From: Octopus vulgaris
Taxonomy: Eukaryota
Length of the DNA: 64,000 nt
Direction of reading: 5' to 3'
NCBI GenBank assembly: GCA_951406725.2
Contig: OX597820.1
Location: 73,594,001-73,658,000, forward strand
Part shown: in pieces, positions 23,757 through 36,995 of the stretch
Numbering within the stretch: the stretch's first letter is position 1
How the letters are laid out: every line of letters begins with the position of its first letter
Notes under the pieces: model-generated
Databases searched by the model: none
Seen by the model: the letters and a program-made list of their open reading frames with translations, nothing else
Told to the model about the DNA's origin: nothing
Program-made: the position numbers and the translations under genes

Positions 23757-26341
23757 GTACATAAAAATATAGATTGCGTTTATTAAATAATATTTATCTC
23801 CCCACCACCATTTGATAACTAGTGTTAGTTTGTTCATATCCCATAACCCTGTGGTTTGACAAAAAAAACCTGATAGAATAAGTACCAAATTAAAAACAAA
23901 AAATAGAAATAAGTCCTGGGGCGAATTTGTTTAACTAAACCCTTCAAGGTAGTACCCCCAGCATGGCTACAGTCTAATAACTGAAACAAATAAAAAGTAA
24001 AAGATATCTAAAGATTCTAATTTGAAAGTGATTTCAATCTAATATTAAATCTAGATGATGATTAGTTTATATTCTAATATCCTTTATGATAACAATTTTG
24101 AATATCCTTCAGCATTGCTCGACAAATTAACCCAAAGCTCTCTGCAAAATGTTAGTTATACCCTTATATGACATGACTTGTTAGTCCCCTCTTCAGATAA
24201 TGTTTCACTACTCTTATTCACTGTTAGTGCTCCATAATTTCTTAGTTTTCAGCCGGCGGCAATTTTTTTTTAACTCAAAGCATACTAACTATCATAATAT
24301 TTTTATAACATCAGAATATAATGTATTCAAAATATGCTGAGGTTCATATAACTGCCAGATGTTTGTTTAGAGTGAGGAAGAGACATGAAAAAGACTTTCT
24401 ATCTCTAAATTCAACAACTGAAGTTGAATCACTTCTTCCTTCAATGGCGGCACTGCCGACGCTCTACAACATTTATTACCAGACATGTTGACATGCTATC
24501 ATGGTTCTGTAAATACTTTAAATAAATATAATAATTTCCTCAACACCAAGTAATTATCTCTTAAAATTTATTTTCGTCATTAATTTCTAAGAATAATAAT
24601 TAACTTCAATTTAATATTTCTAAATATTATTTTATATCATCATCGTCGTCGTACTCCTCATCATCATCGTTATCGGCATCATCATTATACACTCAGTTTA
24701 ATTAAAATTATTATACATTAAATTTAATTAAAATCATATTGTTGTCATAAACACTTATAAAACTTCCAGAGCCAATAAAATGCTTCATTAATATTACAAA
24801 AATTAGTTTTGGTCAAAATTGTATTGCCTCTAATATTTAGTATGTTAAAGAATATTCTTAAAAGACATCTAATCTTCTTGAGAATATAACCAAATTCTTG
24901 GTAGCATGATAGCACCTATGGTTAAAAAGTTTGCTTCAAAACAATAGGATATTAGGTTCAGTCCCTCTACTCAGTACATTGGTTGTCTTCTGCTATAAGC
25001 AAAGGTTAACCAATGCTTTGTGAAAAGGGTTTTGTAAATGGAATTTGGTTGACAAAAGGATCTCTGGAATAATGTTGCCCAACAGGATGTGTAGCTAGAA
25101 GACCATGGAGTTTCTCCAGGTTGAGTCGCTTCTTCTATGCATTGAAAGATCACAGCTCTGGTACTATAGACATGTGATTAGAATGTCACAGGAGAGGGAT
25201 TCTTCCAGATGAGCTAATTGGTAGGAGACCAATATGTTGACCAAGAATGAGGTGGTTGGATAATGTCCATTGCCTCAGCTGGTCGTGCTTAGGAATTGAA
25301 CTGGATGGTATAATGATGGTTGCTTCCAACAAGACCCTATGGAGAAGGTACTGAGCACTCCACCCTCACAACCCTCTCGGGAACCTTGGGAAGAAGAAGA
25401 AGAAGAAAAAGAGGAGGAGGCATCACACTGTAGGACTGAACCGAAGACCACATGGTTGGAAAGGAAGCTTTTTAACCATACACCCACGTCAGCACCATAT
25501 GTTTCAAAAATACATTGTTCTAAAAACTTATTTTTTTCACAACTTTGTAAAAATGTAAATAATCTTAAAAAATTAAAATTATTTCTATTTTTGTTTTTAT
25601 ACCAACAATAATTTTTTTTTTTTTTTTTCTAAATCAAACAATTATATATTTTTGCAGACAAACATTCAATGACCCATTTTTTTTTTGAGACAAATAACAA
25701 AAATGTTACATCTGAGAAGCAAATAAATTAACAGCTATAATTTGGAAAACTGCAACAGTTGCAGACATTTTGCCTTGCAAATATTTACATGAAGAAAATT
25801 ATTCTTTTCTACAAGAACAACAAGTTTAATTCATTTAGCTAACAATTTAATTTATTTAGCTAACAAGATTCCAGTGAAACTGGCAAGATTTTATAAAACA
25901 AACAGAGAACCATAATGTAATTTGCCTTACTATAAACTAAGGCTGTCTTTATGTAAAGAAAAAATAAAATGAGAAACATGTAAATTTGGAGGTTTTAAAG
26001 AGGAATGAAGGAGAGCAAAGAGGGCGCAGAAGAGGATATAGAGTTGGAAGGAAAACAAGAAAATATTTAAAGAACAATAATGATATTTTATGTCTGTCTT
26101 ATGGCTTTGGGTGGAAGCAAACACAAGCACAAAGATATACACACACATACATACATAGAGAAAGAGAGAGGGGGAGAGAGAGAGAGAGACAGACAGACAG
26201 AAACAGAGATAGAGATAGGTAGATAGATAGATAGGTATATAGATAGATAGATAGTTAGATAGACAGATAAATATAGAGACATAGATAAATAGATAGGTAG
26301 ATAGATAAATAGAAAGATAGACAGACAGACAGACAGTCAGA

Positions 26342-26372
<31 letters not shown>

Positions 26373-26464
26373 CTGGGTGCCCTTCTTAATGCCAACCACT
26401 TTGAGAGTGTAATGGGTGGTCTTTCACACACCATTGGTATGAGTGCCATTTGCATAACACCAGG

Positions 26465-26509
<45 letters not shown>

Positions 26510-27259
26510 TATATGTATATGTATATAAATATATAAAAGTATATGTATATAAATATATGAAAGACTTTTTCACTTCCGAAGCGTTAAACTAATATATCTG
26601 TTTGTTATCTAAACTACCCGTCTTTGTCGGGTTTTTTTTTTTGTGAATTCTCGTTATATAAATATATAATATGCACACACACACACATACATATGCCATT
26701 ATATAGTTTCATTTCAAGATTTCTGGCCAATAGAGAAAGACTCAATTTCTAACCTAGATCAAAGGCTCCTTCATTGGAATTTCAACAACATCAATATGCA
26801 TGTATACATGCAGTATTTGCAGTTCATGCATTTGCAGATTTGTATGTTTTCTTTTATGTATGTATTCTCATGCATATAGTTGCATGTCTGGACATGTGCA
26901 TATATACTTAAATGATAAACTTCTGGAAAGTGTACATGTAAATATAAGTATGTATGTCTTTGTACTTGTGTGTAGACATCACTTGATGATTATAAATAAG
27001 CATCATTCTCAAACGAGTGAGGTTGATCATTTCCAGTTTTCCACAGAGAAATATGTCTAGCAACAGGAAAATATTTCTTTGCTTGGAAACAAACGGCACT
27101 TGGCAACAGGAAGGGACATCTAGTCACAGAAAACCTGCCTCAGCAAATTCTGTTTGATGCATGCAAGCATAGAAAAATAGATCTTAAATGAAATGATAAT
27201 GGTGACAACATTGATTTCTATGTTAAATAATTCCTTTTTCTGTTTTTCATATTCAACAG

Positions 27260-27424
27260 ATCTCATGTGCAAATGCCAGAAATAATATACAAAGCATACC
27301 TCCAAGGAAAACCTTTGACTGGATCTCAACTACAGCAAGCTAAACTAAATAAAACTACTCTCTCAGATATTGTTCAATGGGGAAGCATGATTATTTTTGA
27401 CTTCCTAACAGCAAACTATGATAG
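27260..27424 (+). CDS. fj: Four-jointed/FJX1-like kinase, coding exon B (not in ORF track)
   Basis: Acceptor tttttcatattcaacag|A and donor GATAG|gtaaga; 165 nt, phase 2-2. Translates (R)SHVQMPEIIYKAYLQGKPLTGSQLQQAKLNKTTLSDIVQWGSMIIFDFLTANYD(R), matching the Fj motif QWxDLILFDYLTANFDR. Joins exon A in frame (AG+A = Arg). Confidence 0.93.
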
Positions 27425-27705
27425 GTAAGACTGATATTATTATTTTTTATTAATCAAATGTTTACTTGTTTTGGTTTCAAATTTTGGTACAAGGCCAGAA
27501 ATTTTGATGGACCCTAGTTGGTGTTATTTTATTAACCCTGGAAGGATGAAAGGCAAGCTCAGCCCTGGTAGCATTTGAATGCAGGAAGAAACACAACCAG
27601 TTTTCCTGGTGGGGTAATGATTCTACCAGCTTGCTGCCCCAATGTATACTCAAACTGATTTCAAATTTTGGCACAAGACTACCAAACTTTGGGGGAAGGT
27701 GTAAG

Positions 27706-28131
27706 CAGGGCCGGAATAAGATCCATCGAGGCCCTAAGCACTTAAAAGATTTTGGTGCCCCCATAAAAGATTATGTAATTCAAAATGTAAACAATAACAA
27801 ACCATAAAATCAATTTTTATTTTTCAAAATGAAGCAAAACAGTAAGAGGGAAAATGATGTTTATTTTTGTAAACTTCCAATTTATTTATATTTGAAAAGT
27901 TTCCTCCTACTCTTTTGGATTGCGAAGTCTTTGATCAAATTCTCAAAATTAATCTTAGGTAACACATCTGCATCTCCACTTAATAGAGATAAAGGCATCC
28001 TGAATATTATTTCAGCAAGTTTAAAGTGATTTCTTTTGTGCTGTAGACCATTTACCATTTCTGTGGTGCCCCCTCCTTCCCTAGATGCCCTAAGCACATG
28101 CTTATTTTGCTTAATGGTTAATCCAGTGCTG
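27706..28131 (-). mobile_element. Non-autonomous hAT element retaining the transposase C-terminus
   Basis: Near-perfect 8-bp TSD ggtgtaag / ggtataag; TIRs cagggccgga / tccagtgctg; subterminal gccctaagcac repeats; minus-strand peptide LSLLS...INFENLIKDFAIQKSRRK resembles the hAT dimerisation-domain tail. Confidence 0.8.
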
Positions 28132-28726
28132 GGTATAAGTCAATTATATTGATCTCAGTGCTTAACTGGTACTTATTTTATTGACCCTGAATGTATGAAA
28201 GGCAACATCGACCTCAGCAGAATTTGAACTCAGAACATAAAGACAGACAAAATGCTGATAAGAATGCTAACAATTCTGCCAGCTCACCACCTATTAGAAG
28301 AAAGATTGCTTTATTCCCCAGTTTTACCTATTCTTTTTTTTACGTTTAATGTTAAACTACTGCATCACTTGTTCCTCATCAAAACTTTATCCTTCCAGTT
28401 TACATTGATAATTAACAACTTTAAAATTAGCCCACACAACTGTGGCTGTGTGATGAAGTAGCTTGTTTCCTAGCCACATGGTGCCAGGTTTAGTCCCATT
28501 GGGTGACGCCTTGGACAAGTGCCTTCTACAATAACATCGGACCAACCGAAGCCTTATTTGTGGATTTGGTATATGGAAACTGAAAGAAGCCTGTCACACA
28601 CACGCACACATATATATACCTTTTAACTGAGAGCATCTTCAGTCGAATGGAAAGGGACAATGCAATTCTTACTCTTACCCTTTCTTCCTTTCTACCGTTA
28701 GCCTGACTTCCACACACAGCTATATA

Positions 28727-28935
28727 CAGTGTGGCCCAAAAGTAGGTTCACAGTTATCACATAGGCACTTTAAATTTATTTAAAACATTTTATTATATTT
28801 AAATTTCTATCTTACAATTAACTAAATTAGCAGAGAATAATGATTTCATATTTTTTTATAATTAAGATCTAAACTGTTAATATATGAATGCAAAAACGAT
28901 AGCTGAATAACTAAACCTACTTTTGGGCCACCCTA
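28727..28935. mobile_element. Tc1/mariner-type MITE
   Basis: TA|cagtgtggcccaaaagtaggtt ... aacctacttttgggccacccta|TA. Confidence 0.8.
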
Positions 28936-29027
28936 TATATGTATTTATTAATATTTAGCAGAAGCAACAGAGTGACTCAAGGGCCAAGAGTCTCATGCAT
29001 TGTCACTTATATAAGTGTCTATATATA

Positions 29028-29262
29028 CATGATCTGATCTATAAGTATCAAGACTATTGCTATAGTAACAATGTTAAAGCATGGAGAGTAAAACCACTTG
29101 GCAGAGACTTACCTTGAACTCTGCTGTGCATGTACATTAAGTTTTAATGTTCTAGCTCACATCTGCTGATTACAGCAGTGCTTGGAAGGAAGGTGTGTAG
29201 CATATGATCATCACACTGACCATGACAGAGAAAGTTGAGTAGAGAATCTGCATCAAATTTTG
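29028..29262 (+). mobile_element. 5' end fragment of the same mariner family, opposite orientation
   Basis: TA|catgatctgatctataagtatcaagact...ttgaactctgctgtgca...tctagctcac...gtgcttggaaggaa...catgacagagaaagttgag..gaatctgcatcaaattttg is the reverse-complement homologue of 10020-10253. Confidence 0.85.
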
Positions 29263-30141
29263 TATATGTATGTATGTATGTATATATATATATCATCATT
29301 GTTTAACATCTGCATTCCATGTTGGCATGGGTTAGATGGTTTGACAGGAGCTGACCAGGCAGAAGACTGCACCAGACTTCTGTGTCTGTTTTGGTTTTTA
29401 TGGTTAGATACCCTTCCTAACACCAACCACTCCATAGAGTGGACTCTTTGAGTGTGTGTGTGTGTGTGTAAGATGGTCTACAGCACAGTTTTAGTCTACC
29501 AAGATCCACTCATAATGTATTGATCCAATCAATGAATGGCAGAAAATATTTACCTATGGTGCCATGCAGTTCAATCAAACTCAGGGACATGTGGTTGCAA
29601 AGCAAACCCCTTAACCATCTAGCCATGCCTACACCATAAAGGGCCTACCTTATATCACAGCTGGTAGTTTTTATATGAAGTTGTATTAGTGAAACTAACC
29701 AATAGTATTTACTTTAGTTTTGATAGGTTGTAAATATACTTAACTGGAGTAATTTGCTCAGTTGATGGTACCAGCTGGTAGTGTTTAGATTAGTTCTGTC
29801 AGCTCTTTAGCAGAACCCCTTTACTTAAATGACAACCTCTTCATCAAAGTGTGTGTGGGTGTACGCGTGTACATGCACATGTGTGTGTTTCTTTTGTTCT
29901 GTTCTCTTTATATCTAAACTATTCTTTAAGGAATACCCTTTACTATTTTCAGCAGATGCAGATGTAGACAACTGAAATCAGCTTTTGTTTTCATACCTTT
30001 AGTAGCAGCTACAGAATAGCTTCACTATTAATAGTTGTCTTTCACTTGGGACTCTTACATGTTGACTACTATTAAAGTAAAAGAAAATTATCTTGTATTA
30101 TAAGTATTATCATCATCATGATCATCATCATCATCATTATT

Positions 30142-30200
<59 letters not shown>

Positions 30201-33200
30201 CATCATCATTATCATCATTTCATTTAAGTACAACAGATTAGACTGTTGGAAAAGAAATTCCTAGCATTGGGCTATAAGAAGTAACCTTAGATGCCAAGAG
30301 CCTTCCTTTGTATCCTAACTGTCCCTAATAACACTGTTTTCTAGAGCTGCACTAGACTAGGTTTTATGCCTCTTTCCTCTATCCATCCATCATCATCATC
30401 ATTTACTACTGTTACTACTGCTGCTGCTGCTGTTGTTGTTGTTCTTGTTCAGTGCACTATAGTGATAAGCCTTTATCATTTACATTAACTTATCCTATTC
30501 TCAAGCCACAATGGCAGCCCCTGTGTCTCTTCCTTAATCTCTTGCTCAATAGATTTGATAATGTGTTCTTTGTTCATAAAGTAAGATTGTCATTTATTTA
30601 TCTTTGCTACCTACTTGTGCTTTTTCGGAATTCAAACAAATTAATTATCTTATAGAGCAAGATAAAAGGATAAGGCTGAGAGGAAGAAAGGAACAATGCC
30701 AGGAGTCTTTGTGTTTGTTTTAACTGTAAAAGATAGGATGGGAGTAGAACTTTTTTTTATGTTTTTATGAGAGGATGAGAAGGTGTGAAATATTTTGTGT
30801 TTATAAAATGAAGAGCGATAGTACACTAAGAAGTCATTAGAGAGTATTATGTCTTCTCTACTCTAAGCACAAAGCCCGAAATTTTGGGGGAAGGGACCAG
30901 TCAATTAGATCGACTCCAGTACGCAGCTGGTACTTAATTTATCAACCCTGAAAGGCAAAGTTGATCGCGGTCGAATTTGAACTCAGAATGTGAGGACAAA
31001 ATACTGCTAGGCATTTCGCTTAGCATGCTAACATTTCTTATTTCTCTATTGCCCACAAGGGGCTAAACATAAAGGGGACAAACAAGAACAGACAAAGGGA
31101 TTAAGTCAATTAAATCGACTCCAGTGCATAACTGGTGCTTAATTTATCGACCCTGAAAGGATGAAAGGCAAAGTCGACCTTGATGGAATTTGAACTCAGA
31201 ACATAACAGCAGACAAAATACTGCTAAGCATTTCACCCAGCATGCTAACGATTCTGCTAGCTTGCCACCATAAAGGATGAATAGCAATGTTGACCTCTGT
31301 GGAATTTGAACTCTAAATGTAGCGACGAGTGAAATACTGCGAAGTATTTCATCCAGCATGCTAACAATTCTGTCAGCTCGCTGCCTTAGGGAGTATTATG
31401 TCTGAGACAACACTGGGGGTACTTGGCTTTACTGATAGTGAAAAGAAAAGGGCTTGGAAGTGACTGTGTTGGTGTTTGTTGAATGAGGAGTGTGAATGAA
31501 GAACATGTTGAGAGCCTGTCTGTTGTGAAGACAACAGAAACCCAGGTAAAAAAAAAAATCAATTTTAGTATAGTTGGTGATGAAATTAAAGGATGATAGT
31601 TGAGGATGATGCAGGCTTGTTCAGAAAGTTTTTTGAGATACTGAAAATATCAGAATATAAAGGTGCAACGGTGAGGTTGTGTGGTGAGAAATTTGCCTTC
31701 CAGTCACATGGCTCTGGGTTCAATCCCAGTGTAGCACCTTGGGCAAGTGTCTTCTTGAGGGTGGATTTGGTATATGGAAGTTGAAAGAAGCCTGTCATGT
31801 ATATATGTATGTGTGTATAATGTGAATGAATATATGTGTTTGTGTGTGTGTATGTGTATAATGTGTATGTGTCATCATCATCATCATCATCGTTTAACGT
31901 CCGCTTTCCATGCTAGCATGGGTTATATATATATATATATATATATCAGTCGTTTAATGTCCACTTTCCATGCTGGTATGGGTTAGACGGTTTGACTGAG
32001 GGTTGGCAAGCCAGAAGGCTGCACCAGGCTCCAATCTGATCTGGATGCCCTTCCTAACGCCAACCACTCCAAGAATGTAGTGGGTGCTTTTACGTACCAC
32101 CTGCACGAAGACTAGTCAGGCAGTACTAGCAACAACCATGCTTCAATGGTGTCTTTTACATGCCATCGGCACGGGAGCCAGTCAGCAGCCCTGGCAACGA
32201 TCACACTCAAATGGTGCTTTTAACGTTCCACTGGCACGGGTGCCAATCAGGCGGTAGTTATCGGCCCCGACAATGATTTCACTTGCCTCAACGGGTCTTC
32301 ACAAGCGTAGTTTATTGTCCAATGATTGAAGGGTACTCTTAAATGGGCTGGTTATACAGCACTGGTATAGGCCACTGTTATGGTCTCACTTGGCTTGCTG
32401 GGTCTTTTCAAGCACAGAATATCTCCAAAGGTCTCAGTCACTTGTCATTGCCTCAGTGAGGCCCAATGTTTATGAATATATATGTGTGTGTGTGTGCATG
32501 TGTGAGCATGTGTGTATGTGTGAGTGTAAGTATGTGTATGCTTATCGTGGCATCACATAATTGTTGTACACGAGAGTCATCCACTTCCAGTATTTAGTGC
32601 AAACATATCTGGCCTTGAGGAAATATCACCTTACTCAGAAACAGGTGGTAAGTGTTGACAACAGGAGTGTACACAGCTGTAGAAAAATCTGCGTCAAATA
32701 GATTTTGTCCAACCCATGCAAACATGGAAATGTAGACCTGTGAATGACGAAGACAACAAAGATGACGATGATGATGATGATGATAATATGATAATGTGAT
32801 GATGATGATGATAATGATGACAATGCTGACAACAAAGATGATGCTCCTTACTGAACCAGCCTATAAGCTTCTAACTCTCTCTCACCCTACTCCCCACCTG
32901 CCAGTTTTAGGGACCCGATAAGATCATGAGGATTTCTTTTCCTTCTTGTTGACTATTCATTTTTAATCAAACTTCAGCAATTTATTCTGAATGGATTTTG
33001 GACCTGCTATTTCTTTTAAATGCATAAAATGTTCATTAAAGATGTAATTACCATGTGCTTCAATTAGCACACATCTTCAAAGTTAGCTAATTAAAACATG
33101 ATATGGCTATGTAGGAACAACAGAAATATATTGATAACATAAAAAGTAAATTTTGTAAAAGTAATTTGTAGGTAGAATTTTGCTTTTCTGTTATGTTACC

Positions 33201-33745
33201 CAAATTAGACTTTACATAACTGTAATAAATTAATTAGTAATTAGAATAGCATGCTCATTATCAGCTTTGCTGTTCTGGTGAAGCAGGCATGGCTGTGTGG
33301 TTAGGAAGCTTCCTCCCCAACCACATGGTTCTGGGTTCAGTCCCGCTGCATGGCACCTTGGGCAAGTGTTTTCTACTAAAACCCTCAGCTGAAAATGGTA
33401 GATGGAAACTGATAAAACTGTGTGTGTGTGTAAGGATAATTTCTTAAGTATATGTCACAACAGTATCTGATTCTATTGAGTGGATCAACAACATCACGAT
33501 GATGTGGGATTGTATTGAGTCCTGAACATGAAACAGAATTTTCTTTATCATTCGTTCCTCTCTTTTAATGAATGTGAGAAATTCACTGAGGATCATTTTT
33601 GCGATCATTCTTAAAGAGTGACTCTATACTTTCTGAGTGTGTGTGTGTATGTATATATATATATATATATATGTGACCGCGTGTGTACCGTTGTCGATTT
33701 TTTTTTTCCTCTGCCTTCCTTTCTCTGGATCTTTCCTTCTCCTAT

Positions 33746-33780
33746 GTTTCCGACGAAGAGCTCTGCTCGAAACGTTAAAC
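33746..33780 (+). ncRNA. Minimal hammerhead-like motif (variant core) in a (TA)n-flanked repeat
   Basis: gttt-CCGACGA-a-GAGC tct GCTC-GAAA-CGTT-aaac. Stem I gttt/aaac, stem II GAGC/GCTC, palindromic AACGTT stem III; core has C in place of U4. Confidence 0.45.
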
Positions 33781-33900
33781 CCTCCTTCTTTCCTGAGCGT
33801 CCAATATTACTATATTTGTTCCATGTCCTCGCGTTGTTGTGTTTTTTTTTTTGTGCTTTCATGTTTGGATTAACTTTATATATATATATATAATGGATTT

Positions 33901-33931
<31 letters not shown>

Positions 33932-33932
33932 A

Positions 33933-34036
33933 ACGTTGAAAGCACCGGTTCTCGTCTGATCACCGAAGTTAAGCAATGTCGAGCCTAGTCAGTACTTAGA
34001 TGGGTGACTGCTTGGGAAACCTAGGTGCAGTAAGCA
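33933..34036 (+). pseudogene. 5S rRNA-derived sequence (5'-truncated pseudogene or SINE3-like head)
   Basis: acgttgaaagcaccggttctcgtctgatcaccgaagttaagcaatgtcgagcctagtcagtacttagatgggtgactgcttgggaaacctaggtgcagtaagc follows the invertebrate 5S rRNA sequence (box A gaagttaagca, box C gatgggtgac) but lacks the first ~14 nt. Confidence 0.85.
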
Positions 34037-34196
34037 TAGCACATTGTTGGCGTTAGGAAGGGCATCCAGCTGTAGAAACATTACCAGATAAGACTGGAGC
34101 CTGGTGCAGCCTTCTGGCTTCCCAGATCCCCGGTCGAACCGTCCAACCCATGCTAGCATGGAGAACGGACGTTAAACGATGATGATGATGATGATG

Positions 34197-34227
<31 letters not shown>

Positions 34228-34310
34228 TTTTCCAAAATGTAACTACATGTAGACTGTTGGTGACTTTTTTCCTCCATCTTCTTTTTCTTTTGAACTTTCC
34301 TCTGTCTCCT

Positions 34311-34345
34311 GTTTCTGAAGAAGAGCTTTGCTCGAAATGTAATAT
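34311..34345 (+). ncRNA. Minimal hammerhead-like motif, related copy
   Basis: gttt-CTGAAGA-a-GAGC ttt GCTC-GAAA-tGTA-atat. Canonical CUGANGA and GAAA; stems I and III partly decayed. Confidence 0.4.
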
Positions 34346-35033
34346 ACCCTTTCTTTCCTTCTTTGAGAGTCTTATTAATACTTTGCACATATCACATCCT
34401 ACCATTGTTGTTTTCTTCTTGTCATTTTCTTCGCTTTTTTATTAACTTTATGTGTGTGTGTGTGCATGTGCGTGCACACATACATACACACATGATAAAC
34501 ATGTCTATATATTCTGAGTGTTCCAAACATAACCTGATGTAATCCTTGTATTGTCCTTTGTACACCTTGATAATTTTCCATTCAAGGTATCCAAAATGCT
34601 AAATTATATTACATCATATGTAAGCAAACATAAATTTGTTTTTGAAGCATTGACATGTATTATAGAACAAGTAGAAGGATATCGGCGAGCTGGTAGAAAC
34701 GTTAGCACGCCAGGCGAAATGTGAATGTCAACCACTCCGAGAGTGTAGTGGATGCTTTTACATGCCACCGGCACGAGAGCTAGTCAGGCAGTACTGGCAA
34801 CGGCCACACTCAAATGGTGTTTTTTTACATGCCACCTGCACAGGAGCCAGTCCAATGGCACTGGCAACAACCTTGCTCGAATGTTTTTTCATAAGTGCCA
34901 GTAAGGCAACACTGGTAGCGATCACGTTCGAATGGTGCTTTTTACCATTCGAGCATGATCGTTATCAGTTTCACCATACTGGCACTTGTGCTGGTGGCGC
35001 ACATATATATATATGTACATACACACACATACC

Positions 35034-35083
<50 letters not shown>

Positions 35084-36399
35084 TACATATGTATATGTGT
35101 GTGCATGCATTTGTGGTGGTTGTAGTAATGGTGGTGTCGGTGGTGAAGATGATGTGTCATTGTGTCTGTGTTTGTCTCCAACCACTGCTTGACAACCAGT
35201 AATGGTATGTTTTTGTGCCCATAATGTAACAGCTCAGCAAAAGATTGATAGAATAAAGACCAGCTTTAAAAAAAAAAAAATTAGTATTGGTGTCGATTCA
35301 TTCAACTAAAAATTCTTCAAAGCATGACCCCAGCATGACAGAATGGCCCCTAAGGACAGTAAGAAGAAAATGAAAATGATAAATGATATACTAAATCTGA
35401 AAATAAGATGGAATGGTCATTGCTGAAATATCATTGATTATGGATCATTTCAACCAAGAGCTAACCTAGAGTTACACAACAACAACCACAATAACCTATA
35501 TATTACACTTGTAACCTATGGCTCAGTGGCTAGAGTGTCAAGCTCACAATCAGGAGGTAGTGAGTTTGATTCCTGGACTGGGCTGTGTGTTGTGTTCTTG
35601 AGCAAGACACTTCATTTCATGTTGCCGCAGCTTAGTCAACTGATTTGCGATGTCACTGGTGCCAAGCTGTATTGGCCTTTGCCTTTCCCTTGGATAACGT
35701 CGGTGGCATGGAGAGAAGAGGCTGATATGAATGGGTGTCTGCTGGTCTTCCATAAACAATCTTGCCCAGACTTATGCCTCAAAGAACTTTCTGGGTGCAA
35801 GCCCATGGTCATTCATGACCGAAAGGAGTCTTTACCCTTTTTTAACCTGTGTGTTATAGAACTCACTGAACAACATGTGTGAATATATATCGTTACTATT
35901 ATGCAAAAGTGTCGTAAGTCCAAAATGTTGCTTTTTCAGAAAATGAAAAAATCGTTTCACCATTCCATAGCAAAACCAGTGTACTACACTTTGACAATAT
36001 TTGATATCTTGGCATCTGAAGCAGCTAGAGATATGATAGTTTGACAAAAAGAACTGGCTATTGCAAGCAAAAATAAATATTGAAAAAAATGCATTTGGCC
36101 ACATTTGGACATACAACAGTTTAACATAAAAGGAACGATATATTTTTCTTTCAATAAATTTTCTTTTGATGGTAGTATTTGGTAGCCAGTAGGAAGAGAG
36201 AGAAGGGTGGACCAAAACAACTTTGAAGAAACAGAAGATTAAAATAATACCGATTCCATTTGAGGTTCCCTTAAATGATAAAACAAACTGTTTTTCCATG
36301 TAATAAAGCAGCAAAACAAGAGTTGATATCTTGAAAGAAAACAAGCCAAATCAAAGAGTCAAATAGAAATATCAGCTGGATTTTGTAAGGGATACGAAT

Positions 36400-36477
36400 A
36401 GCAACAACAACAACGACAACAACAACAACAACAACAACAATAATAATGACAGCAGCAACAATGATTAAAAGAGTGAT

Positions 36478-36515
<38 letters not shown>

Positions 36516-36676
36516 TGATGATGATGATGATAATAATAACAGAAGCAACATTAATAATGATTATAAGTATGACGATGAAAGTGATGATGTTAATAATAAA
36601 AGTAATAATAATAATAATAATAATAACAGCAACAACAATAACGATTAATAAGAGTGACGATAAAAGTGATAATGTT

Positions 36677-36756
<80 letters not shown>

Positions 36757-36907
36757 TTAACAATAATAATATAAATAATAAAAACAATAAGAATAACTAA
36801 AGTAATAACAATAATAACTACAATAATAATAGTAATAATGATGATGATGATGATGATAACTATGATAATAGCAGTAGCAATAATAATAATAAGAAGAAGA
36901 AGGAGTA

Positions 36908-36967
<60 letters not shown>

Positions 36968-36995
36968 TTAATAATAATAACATCAACAACAACAA
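36400..36995. repeat. Compound trinucleotide microsatellite (AAC/AAT/ATG/AGT)
   Basis: Long runs of aat, gat, agt and aac repeats. Confidence 0.95.

Noticed and set aside
35832-36344. 170-aa minus-strand ORF in non-repetitive-looking DNA
   Set aside because: No recognisable domain, F/I/K-biased composition typical of AT-rich noncoding DNA, TTG start and no convincing splice sites; a BLASTX would be needed to exclude a decayed transposon gene.
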